Of a stretch of 64,000 nt of DNA, positions 8,620 to 19,820 are shown piece by piece; the first letter of the stretch is position 1; each line of letters begins with the position of its first letter. The stretch spans positions 54,364 through 118,363 of the forward strand of contig JBMNVE010000001.1 in the NCBI GenBank assembly GCA_050946655.1, read 5' to 3'. Below the pieces are notes generated by a model. That model searched no databases, was not told the DNA's origin, and was given only the letters and a program-made list of their open reading frames with translations. A program made the position numbers and the translations under genes. The DNA comes from Anaerovoracaceae bacterium. GTDB lineage: Bacteria; Bacillota; Clostridia; Peptostreptococcales; Anaerovoracaceae.

Positions 8620-11088
8620 CTATTTTACAACAATGTTGACCAGTTTGCCCGGCACGGCGATCACTTTTATCACGTTCCGATCCCCCACCAAGGCTGCAAC
8701 ACTGTCCTGCTCCATAGCCATCCTTTCTAATTCTTCTCTTGCAAGACCGCTGGGCACGTGAAGTCTGTCCTTCACCTTCCCATTGATCTGCACAACTATT
8801 TCTATCGTATCCTTTATCAGGACATCTTCATCGTACTTGGGCCAGCTTTCTTCATGGACCGAAGTCTTCTTTCCGATACACTGCCACAGTTCCTCACAAA
8901 TATGGGGAGTGAAAGGAGAAAGGATCAGGATCAGCTCCTGAATGACCCATCTGAGCAACTGCTCGTTCACTTCTCCCACCTTGTACTTATACATGGCGTT
9001 GACCAGCTCCATAGCCCCGCTGATGGCCGTATTGAAGTTGAACCTATCGTTGATGTCTCCCGTAGCCTTTTTAATGGTCGTATGAAGAACGAAAAGCAGC
9101 TCCTCATCAGCACCGGTCTTCACCTGATCCGATGCCGATCCTTCCCCGTAAGTTTCCACAAACTCATAGACCAGCCTGTAGACACGGTTGAGGAATCGGT
9201 AGCACCCCTCTACTCCCTGATCGGACCAATCCAATTCTCTGTCGGGAGGCGCTGCGAAGAGGATGAAGAGGCGGGCTGTATCGGCACCGTACTTTCCGAT
9301 GATCGCCGCAGGGCTCACTACATTGCCTAAGGATTTACTCATCTTAGCCCCGTCCTTCAGGACCATGCCTTGAGTCAGTAGATTCTTGAAGGGCTCCTCC
9401 GTGCTGACGTGACCCAGATCATACAGGGCCATCTGGAAAAACCGTGCATACATCAGGTGGAGGATGGCATGTTCCACCCCACCGATGTACTGATCCACAT
9501 TCATCCAGTACTTCACCTTATCGTAGGCGAAAGCTTCCTTGTCATTGGTTGCATCACAATAGCGAAGGAAGTACCAAGAGGAATCCAAGAAGGTATCCAT
9601 GGTATCCAGTTCCCTCTTTCCTATCTTTCCGCACTTGGGACAGGAAGCATGGGCGAATGTCCGGCTGGTAGCCAGTGGGGATTCTCCCTTTCCGGTAAAT
9701 TCCACATCTTTAGGCAGGAGAACAGGCAGGTTCTCTTCCTTCTCCGGCACCCAGCCGCAATCCTCACAATGGATCATGGGGATAGGCGTGCCCCAGTATC
9801 GCTGCCTGGAAATGAGCCAATCCCTAAGTCTGTAGTTGGTGGTCTTATGGCCAAAGCCCTTTTCTTCCATAAAATCGATGATTTTTTCGATAGCTTCCCG
9901 GTTGGGCAGCCCATTAAAGGGGCCTGAGTTGATCATCTTTCCATCGGAAATAAAGGCCTCTTTAAGGTCCGTCACATCGATTTCCGGATCATCGGTGTCC
10001 AGAACGGGAATGATCTCGCAATCAAATTTCTTCGCAAAGTCAAAGTCTCTCTGGTCATGGGCGGGAACGGCCATGATGGCTCCCGTCCCGTAGCCCATCA
10101 ACACATAATCGGAAATAAAGATGGGGATTTTCTTATCGTTAAGGGGGTTCACCGCATATCTGCCGATGAATACACCGGTCTTTTCACCGGCGGTGGAGGT
10201 CCGCTCAATATCACTCATGTGCTTGACCTTCTCCACATATTCCAAGGCCGCCGCCTCTTCTTCCCGACCGGCCACCAGTTCCTTTAAATAGGGGTGCTCC
10301 GGGGAAAGGACCATATAGGTGGCGCCATACAGGGTATCCGCTCTTGTAGTAAACACGGTAAGACCTTTTTCATATCCTTCTATGGCAAAGGTGATCTCCG
10401 CACCGTGGCTCTTTCCGATCCAGTTTCTCTGCATGGTCTTGACTTTTTCCGGCCATCCTTCCAGTTGATCCAGATTCTCAAGGAGTCGATCGGCGTAATC
10501 GGTGATCTTGAAGTACCACTGAGAAAGGTTCTTTTTCGTCACCGATGTGTCACATCGTTCACATCCTCCATCCACCACCTGCTCGTTGGCCAAAACCGTC
10601 TGACAGCTGGGACACCAGTTCACCGGATTGTCCTTCTTGTATGCCAGACCCTTGTTGTAAAATTGTATGAATATCCACTGCATCCATCTGTAGTACTCAG
10701 GATCACAGGTAGCAAGACATCTATCCCAGTCGTAGGAAAGGCCCATCTCTTTGAATTGACGAGTCATTTCATCCATGTTGCTGTATGTCCATTTGGCCGG
10801 TTCCGCATTGTTCTTGATGGCGGCATTCTCCGCAGGCAAGCCAAAGGCATCGTAACCCATGGGGTGGAGTACATTAAAGCCGTTCATCTTCTTGAACCTG
10901 GCTACCACATCTCCGATGGAATAGTTTCGTACATGACCCATGTGAAGCTTGCCCGACGGATAGGGGAACATCTCCAGAACGTAGTATTTCTCCTTGTCCG
11001 GATCTTCCGTCACCTGAAAGGCATTGTCTTCTTCCCACTTCTTCTGCCACTTGGCCTCTATTTCGCTGAAATTATATTTTTCGTTCAT
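8620..11088 (-). CDS. leuS: Leucine--tRNA ligase
   Basis: 822 aa. HMGH (HIGH) motif at [15 protein letters not shown] and KMSKS at [10 protein letters not shown]. Confidence 0.98.
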   Translation of the reverse strand: MNEKYNFSEIEAKWQKKWEEDNAFQVTEDPDKEKYYVLEMFPYPSGKLHMGHVRNYSIGDVVARFKKMNGFNVLHPMGYDAFGLPAENAAIKNNAEPAKWTYSNMDEMTRQFKEMGLSYDWDRCLATCDPEYYRWMQWIFIQFYNKGLAYKKDNPVNWCPSCQTVLANEQVVDGGCERCDTSVTKKNLSQWYFKITDYADRLLENLDQLEGWPEKVKTMQRNWIGKSHGAEITFAIEGYEKGLTVFTTRADTLYGATYMVLSPEHPYLKELVAGREEEAAALEYVEKVKHMSDIERTSTAGEKTGVFIGRYAVNPLNDKKIPIFISDYVLMGYGTGAIMAVPAHDQRDFDFAKKFDCEIIPVLDTDDPEIDVTDLKEAFISDGKMINSGPFNGLPNREAIEKIIDFMEEKGFGHKTTNYRLRDWLISRQRYWGTPIPMIHCEDCGWVPEKEENLPVLLPKDVEFTGKGESPLATSRTFAHASCPKCGKIGKRELDTMDTFLDSSWYFLRYCDATNDKEAFAYDKVKYWMNVDQYIGGVEHAILHLMYARFFQMALYDLGHVSTEEPFKNLLTQGMVLKDGAKMSKSLGNVVSPAAIIGKYGADTARLFILFAAPPDRELDWSDQGVEGCYRFLNRVYRLVYEFVETYGEGSASDQVKTGADEELLFVLHTTIKKATGDINDRFNFNTAISGAMELVNAMYKYKVGEVNEQLLRWVIQELILILSPFTPHICEELWQCIGKKTSVHEESWPKYDEDVLIKDTIEIVVQINGKVKDRLHVPSGLAREELERMAMEQDSVAALVGDRNVIKVIAVPGKLVNIVVK

Positions 11089-11103
11089 TTTATCGCTTCC
11101 TCG

Positions 11104-11448
11104 TTATTCTTCCAGGGGCAATTTATCACAGTCCACCCAGACCTTCTCAATGTTATATCTTTCTCTCATCTCTCTGGTCAGTATGTTGATGATCATATCG
11201 CCATAGTCCATGAGGATCCAACCGGACTCCTTCGTTCCCTCTATGTTTTTTACCGGCAAGCCGTCTTTGGCCAAGGCTTCCTCCACATCATCGGCCAGTG
11301 ATCCGATCTGCCGCTCACTCCCGCCGGAAGCCAGGATGAAATAGTCGGCAAAGGATGATTTTTCCGCGATATCGATGATCAGGATGTCTTCTCCTTTCCG
11401 CTTATCCAGCAGCCTTGCCGCCGCTCTTGCCAGTTCTTTACTATTCAT
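11104..11448 (-). CDS. rsfS: Ribosome silencing factor RsfS (iojap-like)
   Basis: MNSKELARAAARLLDKRKGEDILIIDI..ADYFILASG. I start it at ATG 11448, which has an AGGAGTGAG RBS and an ATGA overlap with the yqeK stop, not at the track start 11475. Confidence 0.9.
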   Translation of the reverse strand: MNSKELARAAARLLDKRKGEDILIIDIAEKSSFADYFILASGGSERQIGSLADDVEEALAKDGLPVKNIEGTKESGWILMDYGDMIINILTREMRERYNIEKVWVDCDKLPLEE

Positions 11449-12011
11449 AAACTCACTCCTTTTTTTATGAGCCACTGATGTGCCTCCAATGTATCCTTAT
11501 CCAATTTGATCTTTCTCCCTTTCACATAGCCCATCGTCTGTTCCAAACTGAAAAGAAGCGCCTTGTCCAGATCCTCTTTGGCCAGCTTTCTCAACCGATC
11601 CACCCCGGGATAATTTCTTCCCGGCTCAATGCTGTCGGCCAGATAAAGGATTTTTTCCAGTTTGGACATCTCTGCCCTGCCGGTGGTATGATACCTCACT
11701 GCATTGAGGACATCTTTATCGCGGATCCCATATTTTTTTGCCATGATCTCCGCTGCGATTTTTCCGTGAGCAAGACTTTCATTATCCATGTATTTCTTTG
11801 GAAGGTCAAATTTTTTTATATATTTATTGAGAAGATCCCGATCCATTTCTCTGCAGATATCGTGAAATAGCGCAGCTACCTCCGCCTTTCCCGGATCTTC
11901 TCCGTGTTTTTTTGCCAACTTTACCGCCGTCTTTTGGACGCCTTTGATATGTTCCTTTCTTTTTTTAGAAAGATTAGCCGTGATTTTTTCAGCGATATAA
12001 CTCATGGTCAT
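11445..12011 (-). CDS. yqeK: HD-domain bis(5'-nucleosyl)-tetraphosphatase YqeK
   Basis: HD motif LFHDICRE and the conserved nadD-yqeK-rsfS synteny. The start is ATG 12011 or 12005 (MTMSYIAEK). The track start 12047 would overlap nadD excessively. Confidence 0.85.
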   Translation of the reverse strand: MTMSYIAEKITANLSKKRKEHIKGVQKTAVKLAKKHGEDPGKAEVAALFHDICREMDRDLLNKYIKKFDLPKKYMDNESLAHGKIAAEIMAKKYGIRDKDVLNAVRYHTTGRAEMSKLEKILYLADSIEPGRNYPGVDRLRKLAKEDLDKALLFSLEQTMGYVKGRKIKLDKDTLEAHQWLIKKGVSL

Positions 12012-12594
12012 AAATGTATCTCTCCACGCCTTCAGGCACCAGATCACCGATCCGCTCTCCTTGTCTCATGCGTTTTCTGATATCCGTTGCGGAGATGTCC
12101 AGCCGCTTATTGTTGATGACGATGGTCTTGGTTCCATAGGTGTCCTTGTACAGTTTCATGCACTCCTGCAGTTCTTCACTCTTATACCCGGGACGCTCAC
12201 CCACGATAAAGGCGTTTTCTGTCAACAGTTTTTCCGCTTCCTTCCACATGCCCATCTTCAGGTAAGTGTCCGTGCCGGAAATAAAGTAAATTTCATGATC
12301 CTCTCCCAGGGCTTTCCGGATTTTTCGAAGGGACAAATAGGTATAGGACAGACCCTCCATGTCCATTTCGATGGTGGATACAGTAAGGCCGTGGACATAT
12401 TCCGTGGCCAGACGAAGCATGGCGATCCTGTCTTCAGCCGGTGTGACTTCCTCATTGGTTTTGAATGGCTGCAGTTTGGCAGGCATGAAAATAACCTCGT
12501 CCAACCCGCCTTGATCCATGGCATCATGGGCCAAGGATATATGGCCCCTGTGTATGGGATCAAAAGTTCCACCCAAAACTCCGATTTTTTTCAT
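11989..12594 (-). CDS. nadD: Nicotinate-nucleotide adenylyltransferase
   Basis: MKKIGVLGGTFDPIHRGHISLA has the (H/T)xGH motif. I chose ATG 12594 because the upstream extension in the track has no homology logic and runs into aspS. Confidence 0.93.
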   Translation of the reverse strand: MKKIGVLGGTFDPIHRGHISLAHDAMDQGGLDEVIFMPAKLQPFKTNEEVTPAEDRIAMLRLATEYVHGLTVSTIEMDMEGLSYTYLSLRKIRKALGEDHEIYFISGTDTYLKMGMWKEAEKLLTENAFIVGERPGYKSEELQECMKLYKDTYGTKTIVINNKRLDISATDIRKRMRQGERIGDLVPEGVERYIYDHELYR

Positions 12595-12607
12595 CTCGAT
12601 TTCCTCA

Positions 12608-14374
12608 CTACTCTTCATTGATGGTGATGCCCAGCTCATCCAAGGATGTGTCATCGGCTATGGATGGTGCTCCCGACACAGGGCACTCCGCCGCCTGATT
12701 CTTTGGAAAGGCGATGACATCACGGATGCTCCTAAGTCCTGACAGTATCATGACCAGCCGGTCCAGTCCGTAGGCCAGACCCCCGTGGGGCGGTGCTCCG
12801 TATTTAAATGCCTCAACCAAAAACCCGAACTTGGCATCCACTTCTTCTTTGGAAAGACCCAATACAGCAAACATCCTTTCCTGCAGCTCCCTTTCATGAA
12901 TTCGGATGGATCCTCCACCCAGTTCCACGCCGTTGAGCACGATGTCATATGCCCTGGCTCGCACCGATCCGGGGTCCCGCTCCAGCAGGTCCAAATCTTC
13001 TATTTTTGGCGATGTAAAGGGATGATGCATGGCTGTATAGTTCCCTGTTTCTTCATCCACCTCAAAGAGAGGGAAGTCCACGACCCAAAGAAAGTCATAC
13101 TCATCATCCCGCAAAAGGTCCATTTCCCGAGCAATGTGTACCCGTAAAAACCCCAAGGCATCGTAGGTGATTTGCTTTTTATCGGAAACGATGAAGATCA
13201 CATCTCCGTTCTTGCTATCAAAGGCAGCAGCCACTTCTCTCAGCTGATCCTGGGAAAAGAACTTGTTCACCGAAGAGGTTATCTCCTCTCCCACCTTGAT
13301 CCATACCATTCCCTTGGCCCCGTAACTGCGGATCATCTCAGTCAGTTTATCGATCTTCTTTCTGGTGTACTCCTGGGCGCCTCCTTCAATGCAGATGCCT
13401 CGAATATCTCCACCGGCCTTCAAGTTATCGGTAAAGACCTTGAAGTCACATCCATCAAAGAGATGGTTCAATTTCTTCAATTCAAACCCGAACCTGGTAT
13501 CCGGCTTATCGGATCCGAATCTTTCCATGGCTTCATGATAGCTGATCCTGGGGAAAGGAGTCTTGATCTTGATCCCCTTCACTTCCTTCATGACTCTGGC
13601 AAGGAAGCCTTCCTGGATCCGGTAGATATCCTCCTCATCTACAAAAGACATCTCCAGATCGATCTGAGTGAACTCCGGCTGCCTGTCGGCTCTCAGATCT
13701 TCGTCCCTAAAGCACTTGACGATTTGCATATATCTGTCTGTTCCCCCCACCATGAGGAGCTGCTTGTAGATCTGGGGAGACTGGGGAAGAGCATAGAACT
13801 TTCCCCTGTGTATCCTGCTGGGAACCAGATAGTCCCTTGCCCCTTCCGGCGTAGGCTTAATGAGCATGGGAGTCTCCACTTCGGTAAACCCCTCCTCATC
13901 GAAATAGTCCCTGCAAACTTTGGTGATCTTGTGACGAAAAGTCAGATTTTCCTGCATCTTTTGTTTCCGCAAATCCAAATATCTGTATTTTAACCTCAGG
14001 TTGTCATCTACCTTATCGTCGTCTTTCACGTATATGGGCGGGGTCTCCGATTTAGCGTAGATCACTAGATCATCTGCGAATATTTCTATGTCTCCTGTAG
14101 GGATGTCGGGATTGATGGACTGCCTTTCCTTGACGGTGCCCTTGATCCCTACCACGTATTCACTGCGCAAGCTGTCAGCCAGAGCAAAGAGTTCCTCGGG
14201 GATATCATCACCGAATATGACTTGCACGATCCCCGTTTTATCTCTGATATCGCAAAATATCAGGCCGCCTAAATTTCTTCTCTTGGCCACCCATCCGTTG
14301 AGGACCACCTTTGCTCCGATATTTCCGGCATCCAGCGTTCCGCACATATGTGTTCGTTGAAATACTTCCCCCAT
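12608..14374 (-). CDS. aspS: Aspartate--tRNA ligase
   Basis: 588 aa. OB-fold N-terminus (VVLNGWVAKRRNLGGLIFCDIRD) and class II motifs (FRDEDLRADRQPEF, GGGSIRIH, GLDRLVM). Confidence 0.97.
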   Translation of the reverse strand: MGEVFQRTHMCGTLDAGNIGAKVVLNGWVAKRRNLGGLIFCDIRDKTGIVQVIFGDDIPEELFALADSLRSEYVVGIKGTVKERQSINPDIPTGDIEIFADDLVIYAKSETPPIYVKDDDKVDDNLRLKYRYLDLRKQKMQENLTFRHKITKVCRDYFDEEGFTEVETPMLIKPTPEGARDYLVPSRIHRGKFYALPQSPQIYKQLLMVGGTDRYMQIVKCFRDEDLRADRQPEFTQIDLEMSFVDEEDIYRIQEGFLARVMKEVKGIKIKTPFPRISYHEAMERFGSDKPDTRFGFELKKLNHLFDGCDFKVFTDNLKAGGDIRGICIEGGAQEYTRKKIDKLTEMIRSYGAKGMVWIKVGEEITSSVNKFFSQDQLREVAAAFDSKNGDVIFIVSDKKQITYDALGFLRVHIAREMDLLRDDEYDFLWVVDFPLFEVDEETGNYTAMHHPFTSPKIEDLDLLERDPGSVRARAYDIVLNGVELGGGSIRIHERELQERMFAVLGLSKEEVDAKFGFLVEAFKYGAPPHGGLAYGLDRLVMILSGLRSIRDVIAFPKNQAAECPVSGAPSIADDTSLDELGITINEE

Positions 14375-15628
14375 TTACTGCTCCTTTAACACGTTTAAAA
14401 TATCTTCCATCGGTACCAGACTCTGCTCTCCGGTCTCCATGTCGCGGATCGCTACTTGGTTATTCTCCAGTTCCTCTTCGCCGATGACAATGGCCTTGAT
14501 GGCCTTGGTTCTATCGGCATATTTAAATTGGTTCTTTACATTTCTGGCCATATCGTCCATCTCCACCTTGAGTCCTTCCCGGCGAAGAGTCCGCATGAGA
14601 CCCAGTCCAACCTTCTTGGCCTCTCTTCCCATGACCACGATGAAGGCATCCGCACCCTGAGGCTCGGGGATCACTACCCCTGCCGCTTCCATGGTGAGAA
14701 GAAGCCTTTCTATGCCCAGGCCGAAACCCACCCCGGGTATGGGCGGACCGCCCAACTCCTCGCTTAGGTGATCGTATCTTCCTCCGCCGCAGACCGTTCC
14801 CTGGGCACCGATGCTCTTTGAGATGAATTCAAAGGCGGTCTTTGTGTAATAGTCCAGTCCCCGAACGATACCCGGATCCACCAGATAGTCGATCCCAAAG
14901 GCATCCAAATTTTCTTTCAGTTCATCGAAAGCCACCTGACATTCTTCACAGATATAGTCCAGCATCTTTGGTGCATCTTTAACCAGTTTCTGGTCCTCCG
15001 GTGCCTTGCAATCCAAGATCCGCATGGGATTCCGATCATACCTGTCCTTACAGGTGTTGCAAAGGGCATCGTACTTGGGTTCCAGGAAGCTGCGCAATGC
15101 TTCCCGATAGGTTTCTCTACATTTGGGGCAACCGATGCTGTTGATCCTCAGCTCCACATCGTTTATCCCCATTTCCCGGATGAAATCATGGCCCAAGGCG
15201 ATGACTTCCGCATCGGCTATGGTATTATCCGTCCCGAATATCTCAATCCCGAACTGGTGGAACGCTCGCAATCTCCCGGATTGTGGCTTCTCATAGCGGA
15301 AACAAGGAATATTGTAGTAAAGTTTAGAGGGCTGGACATCGGCATAGAGCTTGTGCTCCACAAAAGCGCGGACCACCGGAGAAGTCCCCTCCGGCCTTAG
15401 GGTCAGGCTCCGCTTTGCCTGCTGCCAGGTATACATCTCTTTCTGGACGATGTCCGTCGTATCCCCTACTCCCCTTTGGAAGAGTTCTGTATGTTCAAAA
15501 ACGGGGGTCCTGATCTCTTTGAAACCGTATCTGCTGCAAATATCGGCAAAGGCCTTCTCCACGTAGTGCCATTTGTAGGCATCGGCCGGCAGTAGATCTT
15601 TTGTACCCTTAGGTGCATTGGTCAGCAT
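14375..15628 (-). CDS. hisS: Histidine--tRNA ligase
   Basis: 417 aa. PKGTKDLLP N-terminus, class II motifs, and a GGGRYD HisRS signature. Confidence 0.97.
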   Translation of the reverse strand: MLTNAPKGTKDLLPADAYKWHYVEKAFADICSRYGFKEIRTPVFEHTELFQRGVGDTTDIVQKEMYTWQQAKRSLTLRPEGTSPVVRAFVEHKLYADVQPSKLYYNIPCFRYEKPQSGRLRAFHQFGIEIFGTDNTIADAEVIALGHDFIREMGINDVELRINSIGCPKCRETYREALRSFLEPKYDALCNTCKDRYDRNPMRILDCKAPEDQKLVKDAPKMLDYICEECQVAFDELKENLDAFGIDYLVDPGIVRGLDYYTKTAFEFISKSIGAQGTVCGGGRYDHLSEELGGPPIPGVGFGLGIERLLLTMEAAGVVIPEPQGADAFIVVMGREAKKVGLGLMRTLRREGLKVEMDDMARNVKNQFKYADRTKAIKAIVIGEEELENNQVAIRDMETGEQSLVPMEDILNVLKEQ

Positions 15629-16979
15629 TTTTCTTACCTCCGTTCAACCCTTCCCTCTTGCGATCCAACATCTGGGAAAGTCTCTCCTCGTATAGTTTGT
15701 AATTATTCACATTAGGCACACGCTCCAGGCGGTTTTCCTCCGGGTAGTAGACTTTACTCACGCCCCCTGCGCCCATTGCAATGATGGTCTGGTGCTCATC
15801 CATGATCCGCACATTATATAGTCCTGCGGTTCCCTCTTTGCAGTACCCGGTGTTTTCCTGTCCGCCGGACATCTGCTTCAGTCTGTACAGATAGTATGGT
15901 CTGTATCCCTCTTTTCCAAGCACTGTCCTGGCTGTCTTCAGCATTTGGGATACTGTCTCTGCCTGCTTGTAATGGTATTCCCTGTCCTCCATGGCAAGCT
16001 CGGAAGTCCTTTTCACCGATAGAGAATGTACCGTGATGTTCTCCGGTTGAAGCCCTATCAGACCCTTAAGGGTCCTGTGAAAATCCATTTCATCCTCACC
16101 GGGAAGTCCTGCGATGATATCCATATTGATGGCGGTAAATCCGGTTTCCCTTGCCATGCGATAAGCTTCTTCCACCTGTTGGATGTCATGGCCTCTTCCG
16201 ATCCTCACCAAGGTATCTTCCTTCATGGTCTGAGGATTGATGCTGATCCGGTCTACCCCGGCCTCTTTTGCTATGGAAAGCTTTTTTCCGGTGATGGTAT
16301 CGGCTCTTCCCGCCTCCAAGGTAAACTCCTTGGTCCTATCGCACCAAAGGCGATTCCTCACCAGGTGCAAAAGTTCTGTCAGCTGGTCTTCATCCAGTGT
16401 GGTAGGCGTTCCTCCACCGACGTAGATGGACTCGGCCCAGTAGCCTCTTTCCTCCATCAGGTCCGCCACAAAGTCGATTTCCTCATGGAGAGCACTCATG
16501 TAACCTCTGATTTCTTCCTTCCCCGCCTGGTTGGAAGTAAAGGAACAGTAGTAACATCTGGAGGGACAAAACGGGATCCCGATATATATTCCTACCCCAT
16601 CTTGGGGTGGTTCACCGAAGATACCGGCCTGGTAGTCATAGATATCCATGACCAGGTCGATTTTTTCTTTGCTGATGCAGTAGTATTCCTCCAGCATCTG
16701 CCGTGTTTTTCCCGGGTCTTTCAGTTTTCTGATCAATTCTCCCGTCATCTTTACGGGACGAATACCGGTAACAATCCCCCAAAGAGGGTCCAGTCCGGTG
16801 ACTTCCCGTAGAGCCAAGTATATCTCCTTTTTCAGGTGATTCTTGTCCCTCTTTTCTGAAAAGACCAAGTCCCCTTCACCCCCGGCCAGAATCTCATACT
16901 GACCGGGGCGTAGAAACACCTTGATCAGCTCTTCGAATTCATGGGTTTTCTCTACACCGTCAAGGACGATTTTATACAA
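15609..16979 (-). CDS. HemZ-like oxygen-independent coproporphyrinogen-III oxidase family radical SAM protein
   Basis: GIPFCPSRCYYCSF is a radical-SAM site, and GIVTGIRPVK and the C-terminus resemble B. subtilis HemZ. The likely start is TTG 16979 (LYKIVLDG), overlapping the MBL gene stop. The 33 codons upstream in the track would overlap the MBL gene by over 100 nt. Confidence 0.75.
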   Translation of the reverse strand: MYKIVLDGVEKTHEFEELIKVFLRPGQYEILAGGEGDLVFSEKRDKNHLKKEIYLALREVTGLDPLWGIVTGIRPVKMTGELIRKLKDPGKTRQMLEEYYCISKEKIDLVMDIYDYQAGIFGEPPQDGVGIYIGIPFCPSRCYYCSFTSNQAGKEEIRGYMSALHEEIDFVADLMEERGYWAESIYVGGGTPTTLDEDQLTELLHLVRNRLWCDRTKEFTLEAGRADTITGKKLSIAKEAGVDRISINPQTMKEDTLVRIGRGHDIQQVEEAYRMARETGFTAINMDIIAGLPGEDEMDFHRTLKGLIGLQPENITVHSLSVKRTSELAMEDREYHYKQAETVSQMLKTARTVLGKEGYRPYYLYRLKQMSGGQENTGYCKEGTAGLYNVRIMDEHQTIIAMGAGGVSKVYYPEENRLERVPNVNNYKLYEERLSQMLDRKREGLNGGKKNADQCT

Positions 16980-17592
16980 ATGGATTGTTCTCCTTTTCGT
17001 GGCCGATGGTGGTTGTTCCCATATGCCCCGGATAGACCTCCGTTTCATCGGGAAGCACGAATAGTTTTTGGTGGACACCTTCCTTCAGCTGCTCAAAAGA
17101 TCCCCCCGGAAAGTCCGTTCTTCCGATGGATCCCTGAAACAAGGTATCCCCGCTAAAGAGGGCATTTCCCGTATATACGCACATGCTCCCCGGAGAATGT
17201 CCCGGTGTGGAGAGAAACTTCAGCTCCATGTTGCCGGAAGTCAGGGTGTCTCCATCTTCAACGGCAATATCGGGAACGATGGAAATAGGCTTCCCCATGG
17301 TCATGGTTGACATGTTCACATTGGGATCGGCCAAGAGGCTCTTTTCCAGCACCGATGCCACCACCTTGGCATGGGGAAAATCCTTTTGATAGCCTTCCAC
17401 CCCGCCAATATGGTCTCCGTGGCCATGGGTGAGGATGATGTAATCGACGGTCACGTTGTCTTTATGTATTTCTTGGGTCAGTCTTGGGTCATATCCGCCG
17501 GGATCTACAATGAATCCCTTGCCCGATGATTCATCCAGCACGTAATAAGTATTGACGGATAAAGGCCCGGTGGGCAATAGTTTGATTTTCAT
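16972..17592 (-). CDS. MBL-fold metallo-hydrolase (glyoxalase II-like)
   Basis: THGHGDHIGG motif. Start at ATG 17592 (MKIKLLP), preceded by GGAAGG. Confidence 0.85.
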   Translation of the reverse strand: MKIKLLPTGPLSVNTYYVLDESSGKGFIVDPGGYDPRLTQEIHKDNVTVDYIILTHGHGDHIGGVEGYQKDFPHAKVVASVLEKSLLADPNVNMSTMTMGKPISIVPDIAVEDGDTLTSGNMELKFLSTPGHSPGSMCVYTGNALFSGDTLFQGSIGRTDFPGGSFEQLKEGVHQKLFVLPDETEVYPGHMGTTTIGHEKENNPFV

Positions 17593-17612
17593 TGGTCCTT
17601 CCTTTTTGTGTT

Positions 17613-19802
17613 TCATGTTTTGCTTCTATATACCGAAGATACTCCCGGTATGTTCTTCAACGTTCGCAATAGCTTTTCCATCTGTGCAGTGTCTGCAATG
17701 GATAAGGTCAAAATGATGGTGATGGTGTCATCCTTGCTGCTCTTGGCATTGACTCCGGCAATGTGGACATCCATCAGTTCACACGCCTTGGAAAGATCCG
17801 AAAACAGACCCTTCCTATCATCGGCTACCACGGTAATGTCCGCGTCATAACTGGTATTCTTACTGGTATCCCACTCCACATCTATGAACCTTCGTTTTTC
17901 ATCTACGGGAAGAGACGTAATATTGGCGCAGTCCTTCCGATGGACCGATATCCCTCTACCCTTGGTGATAAAACCGACGATCTCATCTCCCGGCACCGGG
18001 TTGCAACATTTGGAAACTCTGATGAGAAGGTTGTCCATGCCCTTGACGATGACGCCGGGGCTTTCCTTTTGTCGGTGTCTGGGTCGCTTGGGCTTTTCCT
18101 TCTCGCTTTCCAGGGCTTCCTTTACCGTTTCCTGTTTCTTCTTCTCCTCTGCCTTTTCCTCGTTGTAATAGCCAAAGAGGATGGCCGCCACCTTACTGAC
18201 CAAGGTCCCGCCGTTAGATACCTGGGTGAACAGTTCATCGGTGTTGGCGAACTTCATCTCCTTGGTCACTTTGAGAATGGACGCGTGCTTCAAAACATCC
18301 CTTGGATTATATCCCTTTTTCCGCACATATTTATCCAGGACATCCTTGCCCTTGTCTACGTTATCGGATTTATTCTCTTTTTTCAGCCACTGCCTGATCT
18401 TGGTTCTTGCCGTAGAGCTCTTGGCTATCTTCAGCCAGTCTATGGAGGGACCGCTGGCATTGGGAGATGTCATGATCTGGATGATATCTCCGTTTTCCAG
18501 GGTATGGTCGATGGGCACCATCTTGCCGTTTACCTTGGCACCGATACACTTTGCACCTACGTCCGTATGGATCTTGAAGGCAAAATCCAAAGGTGTAGCC
18601 CCTGCCGGCAGCTCGATCACATCACCTGCCGGGGTAAAGACAAACACTTGTGAGGAAAACAGGTCGATCTTCAAGGTCTCCATGAATTCCGTCGCATCGT
18701 TTGTATCCTGCTGCCATTCCAAGGCCTGCCTGAGCCAGGAGAGTTTCACCTCTTCCTTGTCCTTGGCCACGCCCTCTTTATATTTCCAGTGAGCAGCAAT
18801 ACCGTATTCGGCAATATGGTGCATCTCGTAGGTCCTGATTTGTATCTCAAATGGGTTTCCCGTGTCTCCGATGACCGTAGTATGGAGGGATTGATACATA
18901 TTGGGCTTGGGAATGGCGATATAGTCTTTGAATCTGCCGGGGATAGGTGTCCACATGGTATGAACGATCCCCAAAACAGCGTAGCAATCCTTGATGCTGT
19001 CCACAATAATGCGCACAGCCATCAGGTCAAAGATCTCATCGATATCCTTCTTTTGATATCTCATCTTCTTGAAGATGCTGTAGAAGTGCTTGGAACGCCC
19101 ATAGATCTCGTACTTCATATTCATGTCATCCAGAGATTCTTTGATCTCACCTACCACTGCGTCGATGGTGGCTTGGCGCTCTTCCTTTTTGGCACTGACC
19201 TTCTTTGCTATATCTACATACTCGGTAGGATACAGGTATTTCATCGCTGTATCTTCCAGTTCAAACTTCATGCTGTAGATTCCCAGGCGACTGGCCAAGG
19301 GAGCATATATTTCCAAGGTCTCCAGACATTTGTCATGGATCTGCTTCTCACTCATGTAGTTGATGGTCCGAAGGTTGTGGAGTCGGTCGGATAACTTGAT
19401 GATGAGCACACGAATATCCCGGCTCATGGCCAGGAACATTTTCCTGAAGTTCTCCGCCTGGCGCTCCTCTTTGTTTTCGAACACCAAAGACCCCAATTTT
19501 GTGACACCATCTACCAGCAGTTCTATTTCTTCACCGAAATCCTCCCGCAACTGCTCTCCGGTGTACTCCGTATCCTCCACCACATCGTGGAGGAGGCCTG
19601 CCACCAAGGTGCTTTCATCCATTCCCAGTTCAGCGAGGATCTTCACCACTGCCACAGGATGGATCAAATATTTTTCCCCTGACTTCCGAAACTGCCCTTC
19701 ATGCATCGACGCCGCGACATCATATGCTCTACCCAGTATGTCCATGTCGTAGTTTTCGTTGATGCTTCTGATGCTGTCCAGAAATTCCTGCTTATTCTTC
19801 AT
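17613..19802 (-). CDS. relA: Bifunctional (p)ppGpp synthetase/hydrolase (RelA/SpoT, Rel)
   Basis: 729 aa. HD hydrolase (HPVAV..LLHDVVEDT), RelA_SpoT synthetase region, TGS and ACT C-terminal domains. Confidence 0.95.
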   Translation of the reverse strand: MKNKQEFLDSIRSINENYDMDILGRAYDVAASMHEGQFRKSGEKYLIHPVAVVKILAELGMDESTLVAGLLHDVVEDTEYTGEQLREDFGEEIELLVDGVTKLGSLVFENKEERQAENFRKMFLAMSRDIRVLIIKLSDRLHNLRTINYMSEKQIHDKCLETLEIYAPLASRLGIYSMKFELEDTAMKYLYPTEYVDIAKKVSAKKEERQATIDAVVGEIKESLDDMNMKYEIYGRSKHFYSIFKKMRYQKKDIDEIFDLMAVRIIVDSIKDCYAVLGIVHTMWTPIPGRFKDYIAIPKPNMYQSLHTTVIGDTGNPFEIQIRTYEMHHIAEYGIAAHWKYKEGVAKDKEEVKLSWLRQALEWQQDTNDATEFMETLKIDLFSSQVFVFTPAGDVIELPAGATPLDFAFKIHTDVGAKCIGAKVNGKMVPIDHTLENGDIIQIMTSPNASGPSIDWLKIAKSSTARTKIRQWLKKENKSDNVDKGKDVLDKYVRKKGYNPRDVLKHASILKVTKEMKFANTDELFTQVSNGGTLVSKVAAILFGYYNEEKAEEKKKQETVKEALESEKEKPKRPRHRQKESPGVIVKGMDNLLIRVSKCCNPVPGDEIVGFITKGRGISVHRKDCANITSLPVDEKRRFIDVEWDTSKNTSYDADITVVADDRKGLFSDLSKACELMDVHIAGVNAKSSKDDTITIILTLSIADTAQMEKLLRTLKNIPGVSSVYRSKT

Positions 19803-19820
19803 TGAGCCTTTCCATTACTT

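Noticed and set aside
10294-11301. 335-aa plus-strand ORF
   Set aside because: It is entirely antisense to leuS/rsfS, whose translations carry HIGH/KMSKS and iojap signatures. It is a typical shadow ORF of a codon-biased gene.
16980-17078. 33-codon N-terminal extension of the hemZ-like ORF in the track
   Set aside because: It would overlap the MBL hydrolase gene by more than 100 nt, and its sequence (MSTKNYSCFPMKRRSIRG..) is unlike HemZ N-termini. A TTG at 16979 gives LYKIVLDG.., which resembles HemZ starts.
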